From a virus: a stretch of 64,000 nucleotides of DNA. The position numbers and the translations under genes are program-made. This document shows positions 1 to 10,200 of this stretch, piece by piece (position 1 is the stretch's first letter; each line of letters starts with the position of its first letter). The stretch lies in IMG/VR virus record IMGVR_UViG_3300025141_010453, positions 1 to 64,000 of that record, one strand, 5' to 3'. The notes beneath the pieces were generated by a model. That model searched no databases. It had not been told where the DNA came from and worked only from the letters and a program-made list of their open reading frames with translations.

Positions 1-23
1 TTGACATCTTATTATTCTTTTAT

Positions 24-31
24 AATAAATA
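24..31 (-). promoter_or_regulatory. Putative late promoter TATTTATT for a minus-strand gene starting at position 7 and leaving the window
   Basis: Same motif and orientation as upstream of the other virion genes; ATG at 5-7 on the minus strand. Confidence 0.45.
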
Positions 32-76
32 GATTGTAAGGTAATTTTTGTAGTGTCTTATATTAAAATAAGTATC

Positions 77-2026
77 TTAACCGTATGTATTTTGATTTTT
101 TATAACATCCCCTATGTGCTTTGCTAAGGATATAGTTGTAGGTCGGTCCATTTCTATCATTTTTACCAGGCTGTTTCCATCCATTTTTGATTCACCCCCA
201 TTAACCGTAAGGTCACCACCAAATTTTATTGTTATAGGTTCTAATGGAGCTCTAGTGGTTGTTGCTGTTGTATTAGTATTTATTGTGTTGCTTAGATTTT
301 CCGTTCTTGTGGAAATATCATTAATACCGGGCCCCAATTCTACATTTTGCTTTTGTGCGAAGACTCCAATATCCCCCTTAGCAAAAGTGGTTATCCCCTC
401 TTCGGTGATTAGTGCATCATGGGCCGACATTTTTCTCAATTCTTCTAGAGCTTTCTCTGCTCCTTCTGCACCAGCTTTTATAATCTTTGCTTCAATATTC
501 CCAAACTCACCATTTCTTAAATCCTCTAAATCTTGTGGTGTTAGTCCTGGTACAGAACTTGCTATTGTTTGTGTTAGTGTTTCTCTTTTAATTCCCTGGT
601 CAGTAACCCCACCTGCTTTAATCATTATTCTAATACCAGCATCCATCGCTGCTAAATACTGATTTGCTTTTTCAGCTACTGTAAGTTGTTGTTTATATAC
701 CTCTGAATCTGTCATACCTTCTTTCCTTAACAACTCCATTTGTTCCTCAGTTACATTAGAAACATCAACCATTTCTTCAATTCCTGGGATTTTTACTTGT
801 GCGACACCACCTTTTCCAATTGCTGCCATGGAGGACAGTAGTTCTTTGTCGGTTTCACTCATATCACTAAAGTCCCCTATTTGATTAAATACTTCCGCTC
901 TTTTCGCTGACCTAACCGCTAAATCTGCTAATTCTTGATAACTCATACCTAATTGGTCTTTCATGGCCATCATTTGTCTTCTTTGTTCTGGAGAGATTAC
1001 AAATTTTCCTTTTTCTTCATCAAAGGTTGCAGCGGCAGCAGCGGTATCAATTATAGCTTCCTGTAAACCTTCTAGGTCATTAGTCGCCATATACATTAAT
1101 TTAAATGGGTCTTGTAAATCCCCTACCGCTCCACCAATTATTTGCATATTTGCCGCAAATTCAATCGCACCTTCTGGGTCAAAGAATTTTTCTGCTAAAG
1201 AAGTTGTTTTATCCATAGATATACCTAATGATTGACCTCGGGCTACCATTCTTGCCAATCCTTCTATGCCTCTTTCAAAACCAAATGTATTAATTAATTT
1301 TAATTCGTCACCAATATTCTGTAGGAATTTTTCCATAACTACACCAAATTCTCTTCCTGTTTGTAGTATCTCGGACATCGCATTATCCGTTTCATCCACT
1401 TTACCCATCGCTGTATCTAAACTATAACCTATATCATCAAATCCTTTAGCGAATTGTCCAGGGTCAAACCCTTTTAGTGTTTTAGTTAATAAAGAAGCTC
1501 TTTCAACTACAGTTGGTGGTATATAAAGATTTCTTTGTATTTCAACGGAGATTGCTTTAAACGTCGTAAATAAATCATGAGTTGTTAACCCAAATCTTGA
1601 AGCTTGAAGTGCTGCCTCAGTTAATCCGTCAATTGTATCTAATAATTGTTCATTGGACATTCCAAGAGTCTGGGATATGTCCACTCTTAGTGTATCCTCT
1701 AGAGCTAACATATTAAGGACTGTACTCATATTGGCATTAATGTCGAAACCTACATTCTTTATGTCCTTCAGTACCTTGGCCATGTCCTCCAAATCTCCAA
1801 CTGTCGTCGTTTCTTTAGGTAATCTATCTTGACTTAGTTGTGCTAATTTTGTAAAAACTGGAGAGGTAGGGGGTGGGGATGTATTACCAGCAGCAGTACT
1901 TATTGGTGTAACTGTCGCGGCCCAACTGTGTCTGTCATATCCTGCAGCTCTAACTGCATCTTTTTCTGTAGGAGTCAGGCTACGCCACGCTGTTTTATTA
2001 TCTAAATTATATTTTACAGTTGCCAT
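77..2026 (-). CDS. Tape-measure-like tail protein
   Basis: 649 aa, helical and Ala/Gln/Met-rich. Lies directly after the tail tube and chaperone pair, the canonical TMP position. Confidence 0.6.
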   Translation of the reverse strand: MATVKYNLDNKTAWRSLTPTEKDAVRAAGYDRHSWAATVTPISTAAGNTSPPPTSPVFTKLAQLSQDRLPKETTTVGDLEDMAKVLKDIKNVGFDINANMSTVLNMLALEDTLRVDISQTLGMSNEQLLDTIDGLTEAALQASRFGLTTHDLFTTFKAISVEIQRNLYIPPTVVERASLLTKTLKGFDPGQFAKGFDDIGYSLDTAMGKVDETDNAMSEILQTGREFGVVMEKFLQNIGDELKLINTFGFERGIEGLARMVARGQSLGISMDKTTSLAEKFFDPEGAIEFAANMQIIGGAVGDLQDPFKLMYMATNDLEGLQEAIIDTAAAAATFDEEKGKFVISPEQRRQMMAMKDQLGMSYQELADLAVRSAKRAEVFNQIGDFSDMSETDKELLSSMAAIGKGGVAQVKIPGIEEMVDVSNVTEEQMELLRKEGMTDSEVYKQQLTVAEKANQYLAAMDAGIRIMIKAGGVTDQGIKRETLTQTIASSVPGLTPQDLEDLRNGEFGNIEAKIIKAGAEGAEKALEELRKMSAHDALITEEGITTFAKGDIGVFAQKQNVELGPGINDISTRTENLSNTINTNTTATTTRAPLEPITIKFGGDLTVNGGESKMDGNSLVKMIEMDRPTTISLAKHIGDVIKNQNTYG

Positions 2027-2045
2027 ATTATAATAATTGTTTAAT

Positions 2046-2053
2046 TATAAATA
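2046..2053 (-). promoter_or_regulatory. Putative late promoter TATTTATA
   Basis: Recurring motif 19 nt upstream of the ATG at 2026. Confidence 0.65.
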
Positions 2054-2060
2054 TTTAGAT

Positions 2061-2264
2061 TTATATTTTGTTTTTGTTTTTGGCTTGTTCAAATGCCTCA
2101 TTCTTTTTTTGGAATTCTTCTGTTAGGAAGGTAACGTAGAATCTACGTTCGAATGTAGGCATGGATAGTAGGTCACTCCACGCTATGTGGAGGTGTTTCA
2201 TTAGATAATAGAACTCTTGCAATAGGGCATTCCTATATGCCGTAGAAAGGACGAAAAAACTCAA
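2061..2264 (-). CDS. T4 gp51-like hub/tail assembly chaperone segment, probably expressed as a frameshift extension of the upstream gene
   Basis: EFYYLMKHL..WSDLLSMPTFERRFY resembles gp51-like peptides. Weak TTG start; overlaps the upstream ORF in the +1 frame. Confidence 0.55.
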   Translation of the reverse strand: MSFFVLSTAYRNALLQEFYYLMKHLHIAWSDLLSMPTFERRFYVTFLTEEFQKKNEAFEQAKNKNKI

Positions 2265-2991
2265 TCCCGAATGTAAGTCTCGCAGTTATCTCTTCATTCG
2301 ATGGAGTTAACACGGGTATAGTTAAATCTAGTGAAGGCGAGTTCTCTCTTACTATTTTTCTAATAGATTGTGAGTCTCGAATTGGCATTGTTTGTATAAA
2401 TTGTGCGATAGTCATTGGGTCTCGTACCCCATCTATTTCTTTTACTAGAATTTCTAGTTGTTTAGTCATATATGGGTTAACAGCTGCTGTTTTGTTATCT
2501 TCATCTATTTTTTTTAACCTTACTTCGTCTTGTGGGGTTAAAAAAGATAGTTTAACTTTTTTCTTGGACATTTCTAGGGTGTGAGTAAACTCGTTTTTTT
2601 CATCTAGTTCCACTCCTATATCAGTAGTTTTTAATACTGATAAGTCTATAGTAGTGTCAAAACTTTCATTTGTTTTTGGGTCTTTTAGAGTTACGGTATA
2701 ATCTGACCCAAATGCTGTATTACGTAAAAAAACTAAAATAGCTTCTTTATCACACTCTGGCATATCTTTAACATTTATATCTTTATCTAAGATTTTTCTA
2801 GATAATAAGGTGTTAACTAATTCACCATTAGCTTGTAGTGAAGGTGTCGCTAATAAGTTTTCATCGGACGCATTTAAATACGTTATCTTTACCGATTTTT
2901 TCTTATTCTTATAAAAAACACCCTGAGAAGGTAAACTTACCATATCATATGGTAATATAGTTTCTGGTTGTTGTCCTGTTTGTTCTTGCAT
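2233..2991 (-). CDS. T4 gp26-like baseplate hub / tail assembly chaperone
   Basis: LPSQG..Y, DENLL, D..AILVFLR motifs; position between tube and TMP. Confidence 0.65.
   Translation of the reverse strand: MQEQTGQQPETILPYDMVSLPSQGVFYKNKKKSVKITYLNASDENLLATPSLQANGELVNTLLSRKILDKDINVKDMPECDKEAILVFLRNTAFGSDYTVTLKDPKTNESFDTTIDLSVLKTTDIGVELDEKNEFTHTLEMSKKKVKLSFLTPQDEVRLKKIDEDNKTAAVNPYMTKQLEILVKEIDGVRDPMTIAQFIQTMPIRDSQSIRKIVRENSPSLDLTIPVLTPSNEEITARLTFGIEFFRPFYGI
2251..2262 (-). other. Candidate +1 programmed ribosomal frameshift site GAG UUU UUU CGU
   Basis: A UUU-to-UUC slip joins ORF 2233..2991 to ORF 2061..2264 in frame. Confidence 0.55.
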
Positions 2992-3112
2992 TATTTATAA
3001 TTTAATTATATATATTATAATTGTAAATATATAGATTTATTTTTTATATATAGATTTAAATATCTGCAATAAGCATTATTATTTATTTAATTAAAGTAAA
3101 GTCTTATATAAT

Positions 3113-3140
3113 AAAAAAGTCCTCATATGAGGACTTTTTT
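3113..3140. terminator. Intrinsic terminator (perfect palindrome) downstream of tail tube
   Basis: AAAAAAGTCCTCATATGAGGACTTTTTT. Confidence 0.85.
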
Positions 3141-3158
3141 AAATATATGTGGTTTTTT

Positions 3159-3647
3159 TTAATAAACTAGAATACATCTATCAGGTCTTAAAGTTGCTGC
3201 AATATTTGCAAGACCCTCATCACTATAAGCTAAGTCGTTAAAGTTAACATCTGTTAAGAAACATCCTTGTAATATCCATTTTTCTACTACAACCCCTGTT
3301 GGGTCTAACATTTCTAAATCAATATTTTTCTTATACCCTGCAGCGTAACCCATTCTACCAGTTACCGATTCTGCATGACTTCTAACCCATTCCATCAATG
3401 CTTGTGCTGCTGAAGGCCCGATTGGGTCTCTAAACGTTACATTTATTGTGTTCCACACAAATCTACCTGCTACATAAGTAGATGTGTTAAGAAACGGCAC
3501 TTCTACCGCGTTAATTGTTACTTGTGGTCTAGAAGTACTCTCTACATACCATTCATTGATACCTAATGAAGAATCGAATCTTAAGATAAACCTATTCTTT
3601 TTCTTCGGCTCATACGGTATCGGCATTTTCATTAATAAATCGGCCAT
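3159..3647 (-). CDS. gp19: Tail tube protein (T4 gp19-like)
   Basis: EPKKKNRF, YVAGRFVWNTINVTFRD, YKKNIDLEMLDPTG.VVEKW.L.GCF motifs. Confidence 0.85.
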   Translation of the reverse strand: MADLLMKMPIPYEPKKKNRFILRFDSSLGINEWYVESTSRPQVTINAVEVPFLNTSTYVAGRFVWNTINVTFRDPIGPSAAQALMEWVRSHAESVTGRMGYAAGYKKNIDLEMLDPTGVVVEKWILQGCFLTDVNFNDLAYSDEGLANIAATLRPDRCILVY

Positions 3648-3684
3648 ATCTTTTAATTTTTGTTTTTACTTTTTTATTATATAC

Positions 3685-3692
3685 TATAAATA
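3685..3692 (-). promoter_or_regulatory. Putative late promoter TATTTATA
   Basis: Upstream of tail tube gene. Confidence 0.65.
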
Positions 3693-3714
3693 TATCGGTA
3701 ATGAAAAAAATATC

Positions 3715-4578
3715 TTAATTCATCTGTTTTAATACTATTTTATTCATGCCGCCTTCGGAAGTATCATAAACAACAAACTTAACTTCAGGAAATTCTACCT
3801 GTAATACTTCTTTTATAAATGGAATTATAACATTTATATTACCTAAATCGTCATCACTAAACCCTACAGATAATTTATTATACTGAGTATTTACCATTTC
3901 TGATGTTTTTGCAACTATTTTACTTACATAATCTCTTAGAGCTATTTTCTTACTCTCTTCAGGGTCTAGAGGAGAACCGCTTTCTAAATCAAATTTTTTT
4001 GTGAAAATTTCTGAAGTTATTGGGTGGTAATCCTGAGAATCCAAATAAGTTTTCAATATTATCTCTGGCTCCTTACCCTCTAATTCTGTAAATATTTGTT
4101 GTATATTATCTATCATCTTACTTAATTCCTCTTCATTAAATGTATTAGAAATAATTAACTCTACTCCTTTTTTTAATGTCTCAGGGGTATGTCCTCTTGC
4201 TGTAATAATAGAAATTGGACTTGCGTAAATTAATGCCTCCTTAAATTTTTCGAATGAGGGGGCAAAAGAATTATTACTCAATGCTTGTTGTAAATCAGTC
4301 AAAAAAGATTCTTCATTTATAAAATTATCAAATGCACCATCATCTAATTTATAATTCTCCTCATCCCTAAATATTGAAAATTCAGATGTACTAACGTTAA
4401 TTTTTTCCCACCCAACATCTGTTTTTTTTAACATTTTAATAGTTGTTGGCATAGTAATAATATTATCATCCCAATCAAAAGAATACGCTCTTAGATTAAC
4501 TGGTGTACTATCTTCCTCTTTTAACAAACCACTTATAATATTGAGTTGTTTTTGTGTTATAATAATTTGCTGTAACAT
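3715..4578 (-). CDS. HAD-superfamily phosphatase-like protein with an N-terminal leader peptide
   Basis: FDWDDN (motif I), IITARG (II), K, GFSDDD (IV). Start moved to ATG 4578 because the TTG start at 4593 runs into the promoter motif. Confidence 0.6.
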   Translation of the reverse strand: MLQQIIITQKQLNIISGLLKEEDSTPVNLRAYSFDWDDNIITMPTTIKMLKKTDVGWEKINVSTSEFSIFRDEENYKLDDGAFDNFINEESFLTDLQQALSNNSFAPSFEKFKEALIYASPISIITARGHTPETLKKGVELIISNTFNEEELSKMIDNIQQIFTELEGKEPEIILKTYLDSQDYHPITSEIFTKKFDLESGSPLDPEESKKIALRDYVSKIVAKTSEMVNTQYNKLSVGFSDDDLGNINVIIPFIKEVLQVEFPEVKFVVYDTSEGGMNKIVLKQMN

Positions 4579-4582
4579 ATAA

Positions 4583-4590
4583 TATAAATA
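4583..4590 (-). promoter_or_regulatory. Putative late promoter TATTTATA
   Basis: 4 nt upstream of ATG 4578. Confidence 0.6.
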
Positions 4591-4598
4591 CAAATTAG

Positions 4599-4630
4599 TT
4601 TGGTTAATTCGATTTTATTACTTATCTTTG
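4599..4630 (+). promoter_or_regulatory. Bacteroidota-type housekeeping-sigma (early) promoter
   Basis: TTTG-N20-TATCTTTG matches the -33 TTTG / -7 TAnnTTTG consensus. Confidence 0.75.
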
Positions 4631-4634
4631 TAGT

Positions 4635-5213
4635 ATGAAAAATTTAACAAAAATATTACTTCTAATATTAGTTCTGGTTTCTTGTACAAAAGAACCAATG
4701 TATATACCTTGTACTACCACTTACCCAACTACCCAAAATAATGGTGAGTATGTACATACTGATTTTTTAGAAGGCTGTTGGAAATTAATTGGCGGGACAA
4801 TGTATATAGAAAATTTAGATACCGAAGAAACTAGTGAGCAATTTTTATTTGATAGTGGTGTCCAAAGTAGTTTAAGGTATGACGGTATTTCGTTATACTC
4901 TATTGAGACATTGGTTAGGTATGAGACCGTGTGGTGTTTTGATTTTCCTAAAGACGTTCCAGGTGCTGGAACATTCACTCTGAATAGTGATTCTATCTAC
5001 CCATATGGTTTATATGTTACCAATAATAACATTACTATAACTGAAGATGTGTCAGGTACCTACTCACTTCTAGGTGGTTCATCAAGACCAATACAGTATG
5101 AAATAGTAAATAAACAAAATAAAATTATTAATATCTATGTCCAAGAAACCTATGAAAATATTTATGGATATAACTATTATTATTTTTCCAAACTTAGATT
5201 TAAAAAATTGTAA
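4635..5213 (+). CDS. Putative lipoprotein (beta-rich)
   Basis: MKNLTKILLLILVLVS-C-TKE: SPII signal peptide with lipobox Cys. Confidence 0.7.
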   Translation: MKNLTKILLLILVLVSCTKEPMYIPCTTTYPTTQNNGEYVHTDFLEGCWKLIGGTMYIENLDTEETSEQFLFDSGVQSSLRYDGISLYSIETLVRYETVWCFDFPKDVPGAGTFTLNSDSIYPYGLYVTNNNITITEDVSGTYSLLGGSSRPIQYEIVNKQNKIINIYVQETYENIYGYNYYYFSKLRFKKL

Positions 5214-5234
5214 CCTATCTTCAATATACTCGTA
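5209..5234 (+). promoter_or_regulatory. Possible ECF-sigma-type promoter
   Basis: TGTAAC-N16-CGTA upstream of ORF 5277; single instance. Confidence 0.35.
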
Positions 5235-5276
5235 TATATTAATATAGAAGTTTAATCCTTAAAAAAAAATAAAATT

Positions 5277-5513
5277 ATGACCCAAATACTATTAACTTAT
5301 CTTATTATCTCACAAATACTAATGTTTGCTTTTTTACTTATTAATGAAAAAGATATTCGTGAAGGTTATATATCTTTCGAATCAAAACGTGGAGACAACC
5401 CTACAAGTAAGTGGTATGGATTTTATATCTTTACACATGTTCTTAAAGCTCCTTTGTTAGCTCCAATGATTCTTATCTTACTACTTTTAAATTTTGGTAA
5501 GTTGGTAGAATAA
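5277..5513 (+). CDS. Small membrane protein
   Basis: 78 aa with two hydrophobic segments. Confidence 0.6.
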   Translation: MTQILLTYLIISQILMFAFLLINEKDIREGYISFESKRGDNPTSKWYGFYIFTHVLKAPLLAPMILILLLLNFGKLVE

Positions 5514-5606
5514 AAAAGGCCCGAATTATTTATTGAGATTGAATCTCATCCGGATTATTATACCCCATATCTGCCCTTGCTTGCTTTGTGATTTCGACAT
5601 ATGCGT

Positions 5607-5798
5607 CTATAGTTTCGTTGGCTCTTTTTTATCACCATCCTTATCAAGGTCTAAGAAATCTGGTTTTGGTCCTTCTACTACTTCATCCTGAACCTCATCT
5701 AACTTTATTTCAGTCCATTGTTCTTTAATAATCCCTATTCCGTGTAAATCTCTAATTCGAGTTTTCTCAGATTCGTTAAGTTTAAATCTATTTCTCAT
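5607..5798 (-). CDS. Small late protein with LNE/IKE leader and DxDxDG motif, possibly truncated or frameshifted
   Basis: FKLNESEKTRIRDLH..IIKEQ; PDFLDLDKDGDKKEP. Confidence 0.55.
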   Translation of the reverse strand: MRNRFKLNESEKTRIRDLHGIGIIKEQWTEIKLDEVQDEVVEGPKPDFLDLDKDGDKKEPTKL

Positions 5799-5804
5799 AA
5801 TTTT

Positions 5805-6320
5805 TTATTTTTTTAATGAACGTCTTCTTTTTCTAGACTCATTTCTTTGTTTCTTAATATTAGAATAAACGCCTACCACTTTTCCTGGTTTTCCGTCGTA
5901 AACATCTCTTTTTTCTACTTTACTAGGTGCTCCCTTGTATGTTCCTTTTTCATCTCTACCTTCACTGAATTCAGTTCCTTCTTCATCACGGTCTTCACGG
6001 TCTTCATCATAACCCATATCTTTTTTAAGTGCATCTAAGTGTTTTTCTATTTCACGAATTCTATCATGAGGTGCCATATCTTCTTCATGTTCTAACCCTT
6101 CTTCTTCTTTTCGGTCTTCCCCCTCATCTTCACCATAGTTATAGGTTTCTTCACCTTCACTATCTTCTTCTATGTCTTCCGCTTCAAACATTTCTTTATA
6201 CTTCGCGGTTGGTGTTCCCATTATTCCAAAATTTTGTCCGTTTCCATCACCGAGATTTTCTTTAACTAATTTTTGAATTAGATTAACTAATTCCTCTTCT
6301 TTTAATTTAATCTTTTTCAT
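5805..6320 (-). CDS. Acidic putative internal head protein; paralog of 58709..59218
   Basis: N-terminal ~45 aa clearly homologous to ORF 58709; Glu/Asp-rich. Confidence 0.6.
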   Translation of the reverse strand: MKKIKLKEEELVNLIQKLVKENLGDGNGQNFGIMGTPTAKYKEMFEAEDIEEDSEGEETYNYGEDEGEDRKEEEGLEHEEDMAPHDRIREIEKHLDALKKDMGYDEDREDRDEEGTEFSEGRDEKGTYKGAPSKVEKRDVYDGKPGKVVGVYSNIKKQRNESRKRRRSLKK

Positions 6321-6323
6321 TTT

Positions 6324-7193
6324 TTAAATTTTTGTTATTGGTTTTATTATTTGTTTCATATTTTTAATATCCTCTTGTATGAGTTTTTCTTTATCTTCAC
6401 TTACAAATCCTTTATTTACTACATCTTCTATTTCAGGAGCTGATTCAATACCTACTTTCAAGTCATTCTTTTCATCATCAGATGTTGTATCCCAAGCCGC
6501 ACACTTACCTACAGTACAATATTTCCATTTTTTGTCTCCCTTTTTTTTCCACCTCTTTATAAATAAGTTTCTAATCCATTGTGGTAATTTAGGCCATTTT
6601 ACCTCCCATTTTATACTTTTAAACTTTAGTTTTTCCGGGTGGACTTGTTCTTCCATTTCTTCTTCATCAGGTACTTCGATAACTTCTTCTTCTTCAAATT
6701 CAGGATGTGGTAATGGTTTGGATACTTGGTCGTAACTCCTTGGAGCTCTTTGTGATGAACCAGAGCCTACCAATTCTGCAGTATAGGTCATAAAATTACC
6801 TAATTTAGTGATAGAGTTAGCTAATTTCTTTCTAGTGTCACTATCTCTAATCATCTCATAGGCTTTCTTTATACCATTAAGTATATTTTCTAAACCTTCT
6901 CTCGCAGCAATTCCTGGATTTCTATCGTACATTCCTTGTTCCATTATAGTTCCCGAATAATCCCCGACACTTAAATCTAAGTTTTCACTCTTGATGGCCT
7001 CTCTAATTAATTGATGGGCATCTTTTATTATACTAGTTATAGATTTTTCTCTCGATTCGTTCAATTGTGATAGTAATCGGTCCAATTGTTCTTCACTAAT
7101 AATAACATTTTGTTTTTTACCTTCCGTAAATACTTTTTTACCGGATTTAGGATGATTTAAACTTTCTCTTAGAGTTTGTATACTAAATTTCAT
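6324..7193 (-). CDS. Putative internal head protein
   Basis: Late promoter; IISEEQLDRLL..LNE and LIQEDIKNMKQII motifs. Confidence 0.55.
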   Translation of the reverse strand: MKFSIQTLRESLNHPKSGKKVFTEGKKQNVIISEEQLDRLLSQLNESREKSITSIIKDAHQLIREAIKSENLDLSVGDYSGTIMEQGMYDRNPGIAAREGLENILNGIKKAYEMIRDSDTRKKLANSITKLGNFMTYTAELVGSGSSQRAPRSYDQVSKPLPHPEFEEEEVIEVPDEEEMEEQVHPEKLKFKSIKWEVKWPKLPQWIRNLFIKRWKKKGDKKWKYCTVGKCAAWDTTSDDEKNDLKVGIESAPEIEDVVNKGFVSEDKEKLIQEDIKNMKQIIKPITKI

Positions 7194-7206
7194 ATCTTTA
7201 TTTTAT

Positions 7207-7214
7207 TATAAATA
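7207..7214 (-). promoter_or_regulatory. Putative late promoter TATTTATA
   Basis: Abuts the sheath stop codon, 13 nt upstream of ATG 7193. Confidence 0.6.
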
Positions 7215-10200
7215 CTATATATCTTCAAAAGAAGCTCCTGTCGGTGTTATCAAGAATTCAACAAATATATATTCTAACGCTCTTGTAGGTTTAATATATA
7301 TTTTACCATTCATTTCATTTCTATCTATTTCTTCAGGGTCATTAGAAAGTACCACTCTAAAGTCCGTTAAACCTCTATCTCTTCTAATAGAATCTAATAT
7401 TGGATTTACTAGGTCTAAGAATTGTTGTCTTACTATATCATCATTTTGTTCAAATATTAATCTAACTGCTACTGCTGAAATTAATTTTCTAGTTTGTAAC
7501 AATAATCTTCTAACATTTATTCTATCTAATGCGGATTCTTTAATCTGTAATGTTTTATTACCCCAAATAATTGGGCCTACATCACTAAACGTTGCAATAG
7601 GATTAAGTCTACCAACATATAATGTATCTCTTTCGTCAAGAGTAAGTTTCTTTCTAGCTTTTACAGCATTTACAATACCTCTAGTATAACCCGCTGATGC
7701 AAACCATGGGAATGCAATATTATCTGTTAAGGCAATATTTCTCATTACCTCAGAAGTTGGTGGTATATAAATTTGTTTATTATTAGCCGTATCTCTTACC
7801 TGTATCCAAGGATAATAAGTAGCTGTATAATTAGAATCTATAAGAGAATCTTCTACATTATCTACAGCTTCCTCTGGTGTAATTTGATTAGTAATGTCTG
7901 TGGTGTTTGGTACAAACATATTATAATCTGGTGTGGTAACCACATATAAAGAATCTGCTCTATCAGTTTCTACCATATCTATAGCTTCATTAACCAAACC
8001 TAAATTATCTACATAATCAAGACCTGGAGTTGCAAATACATTAATATTTACAGATTCTGGATTACTGAATGTCTCAATAGCTCTTAGGTAAGCAAAATAA
8101 TCTGTGTTTGCTTCTGATGAACTTAATTTCTTAAATGTACCTGCTCCAGTTGCTGTATTGAACTCTGCCGTATTACATGCTCCCGCTAAGAATCCGGATA
8201 ATCCCATTCTATAATCGTCTGTATTGGACCTAGTTTTTCTATATATATCCCATCCGTCAAATCCACCATGTGGTGCAATCGTAAATTTACGACTTCTAAG
8301 TTTTTTATATGGTTCAGTAGTTAGGGTTGGTTCATGATTAAATTGTCCTGCTCCACAATCAAATACTGATTTACCATTTAATGTAGTTCCTGACCACTCT
8401 AAGTAAGTTCCAACACCACCACTTATAACAGTTGCTCCTGAATCCATATGGAATCCTTTTGTTATTACTTGCCATTCTCCTCCATCTACTGCTGTACATA
8501 AAGTAGACGGTATTTGTTTTCCTTTATAAGCGAAGAAATCTGAATCATAAGCTGCTCCCGTACTATTAGAAACACCGAGATATACTTTACTAACTTTATC
8601 TCCACCACTTATAGTTTGGTTATTTACAGTACCACTACCAAATGGTGGGTCGTAAATTACTTCACCAGCATTATAGTATTTTGTTTTATATACAATTGTT
8701 GGGTTAATTGGGCAATTACCATAACCTCTAAATCGATAACCTTCAAAACCACATGGTAATGAATTTGTAAATGTGCCATCTAAAAGTCCTTCACCTAAAT
8801 ACAACATTGTATATTTAGATTTTAATTCAAATTCACCTGTAGATGTACCAATTTTTCTACCAATAAAAGATACTTTAGTTGGGTCTAAACTACATCTAGT
8901 ATATTTTTCTAAGACATTTGGATTTGCGTCTGTGTCGTAGAAGTCTCTCACCACAATATCAAATTCTCCTCTTTCAAAAGATAGATTAATTAAAGAAATT
9001 TTAATTTCTTTATTTGCTGCTGTACCATCAGATATAGAAATAAATTTAAATAACCTAAACACATCCGTACCTTGTAATTCTGAAACAATCCATGGTGTCT
9101 CAGGTGTTGTCCACTGATTCATATACCAAGCTATAGTGTTTGTAGGTGTGGCATTTCTTGCTGATGGTAAATATTTTAAACAACATTGTAACCCTCTAAC
9201 TTTTCCTTTTTTCCAAGCGTCAGTTAATAATGCTGGATAAGCTTCTTCTACAAATAATGGAACTTCTTCTTTTACTTTATCAAATGGGCTTCTACCAAAT
9301 ACTCTAGAGACATACTCTTGTGATGTATTACTCATAGAAGTTTTAAATGTATAATTATTACCATTTACTGTTCCCGCACTTATACCAAATGACGCAAATG
9401 GATTTTCTAATACTTTATAATAATCACCAGTACAATCAAAACTAACAGTATCTGCACTTATACTATAAATTGGTCCACCAGAAGCCTTAGTACTAAGTCC
9501 TCTAGACCTTAAAGTTAATACTACCATACCATCATACTCTTCTTGTACATTAACATCTGTGTAAGTTATATATTCTATAACCACATTACCTGAATATACG
9601 GGAACTGCTCCCCATGTACCTGCACTAGTAGTTCCTGTTGCTTCTATATATGTTTGTGATTGTCCCACAGAATCACCAGATATATACATTTGGTAGGATA
9701 CTCCACTATATGTTCCTCCTGAACAACATGAACTATTCACATAATCAAATAATCCATAATACCAAGAATCATTTTCATATGAATTATAATCTGTACAATT
9801 GGTTGATAATATATTACTTACTGTTACACATGAAGTAGATGAAGATAATGTTTGTTGAGTTGTTGCAGTTGCTGTATTTGTCATAGCGGATGGTATACAT
9901 CCGTATTGATACACAATTGGTATTGGCCAAGCAGTAATACCTGAAAGAGCACCAGGTGCGTCTGTACCACCGGTAAAGCAAGACATTCCGTCCGAGTTAA
10001 GTACATCTAAACTACTAGAAAAGAAATTCATGAACGAATCTCTTAACGTTGGTAGTGTGGTTCCATTAGTTAAAGTTACGATTTCTCCATAACTAGTATC
10101 TGTACTACTTGTTTGCCAATGATTTAATATTGCTGCTGGTAGTGTAGTAAAGAAATCTGTAGTTCCTATTTCACTGACCCATGCATCTGTTCCTACAGTA

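Noticed and set aside
1-26. TTGACA...TATAAT at the window start
   Set aside because: The spacer is only 14 nt; better explained by the ATG and late motif of a minus-strand gene
2992-3112. AT-rich gap as an ncRNA or origin
   Set aside because: No stable structure or iterons; contains only a variant late motif (TATTTACA at 3022-3029)
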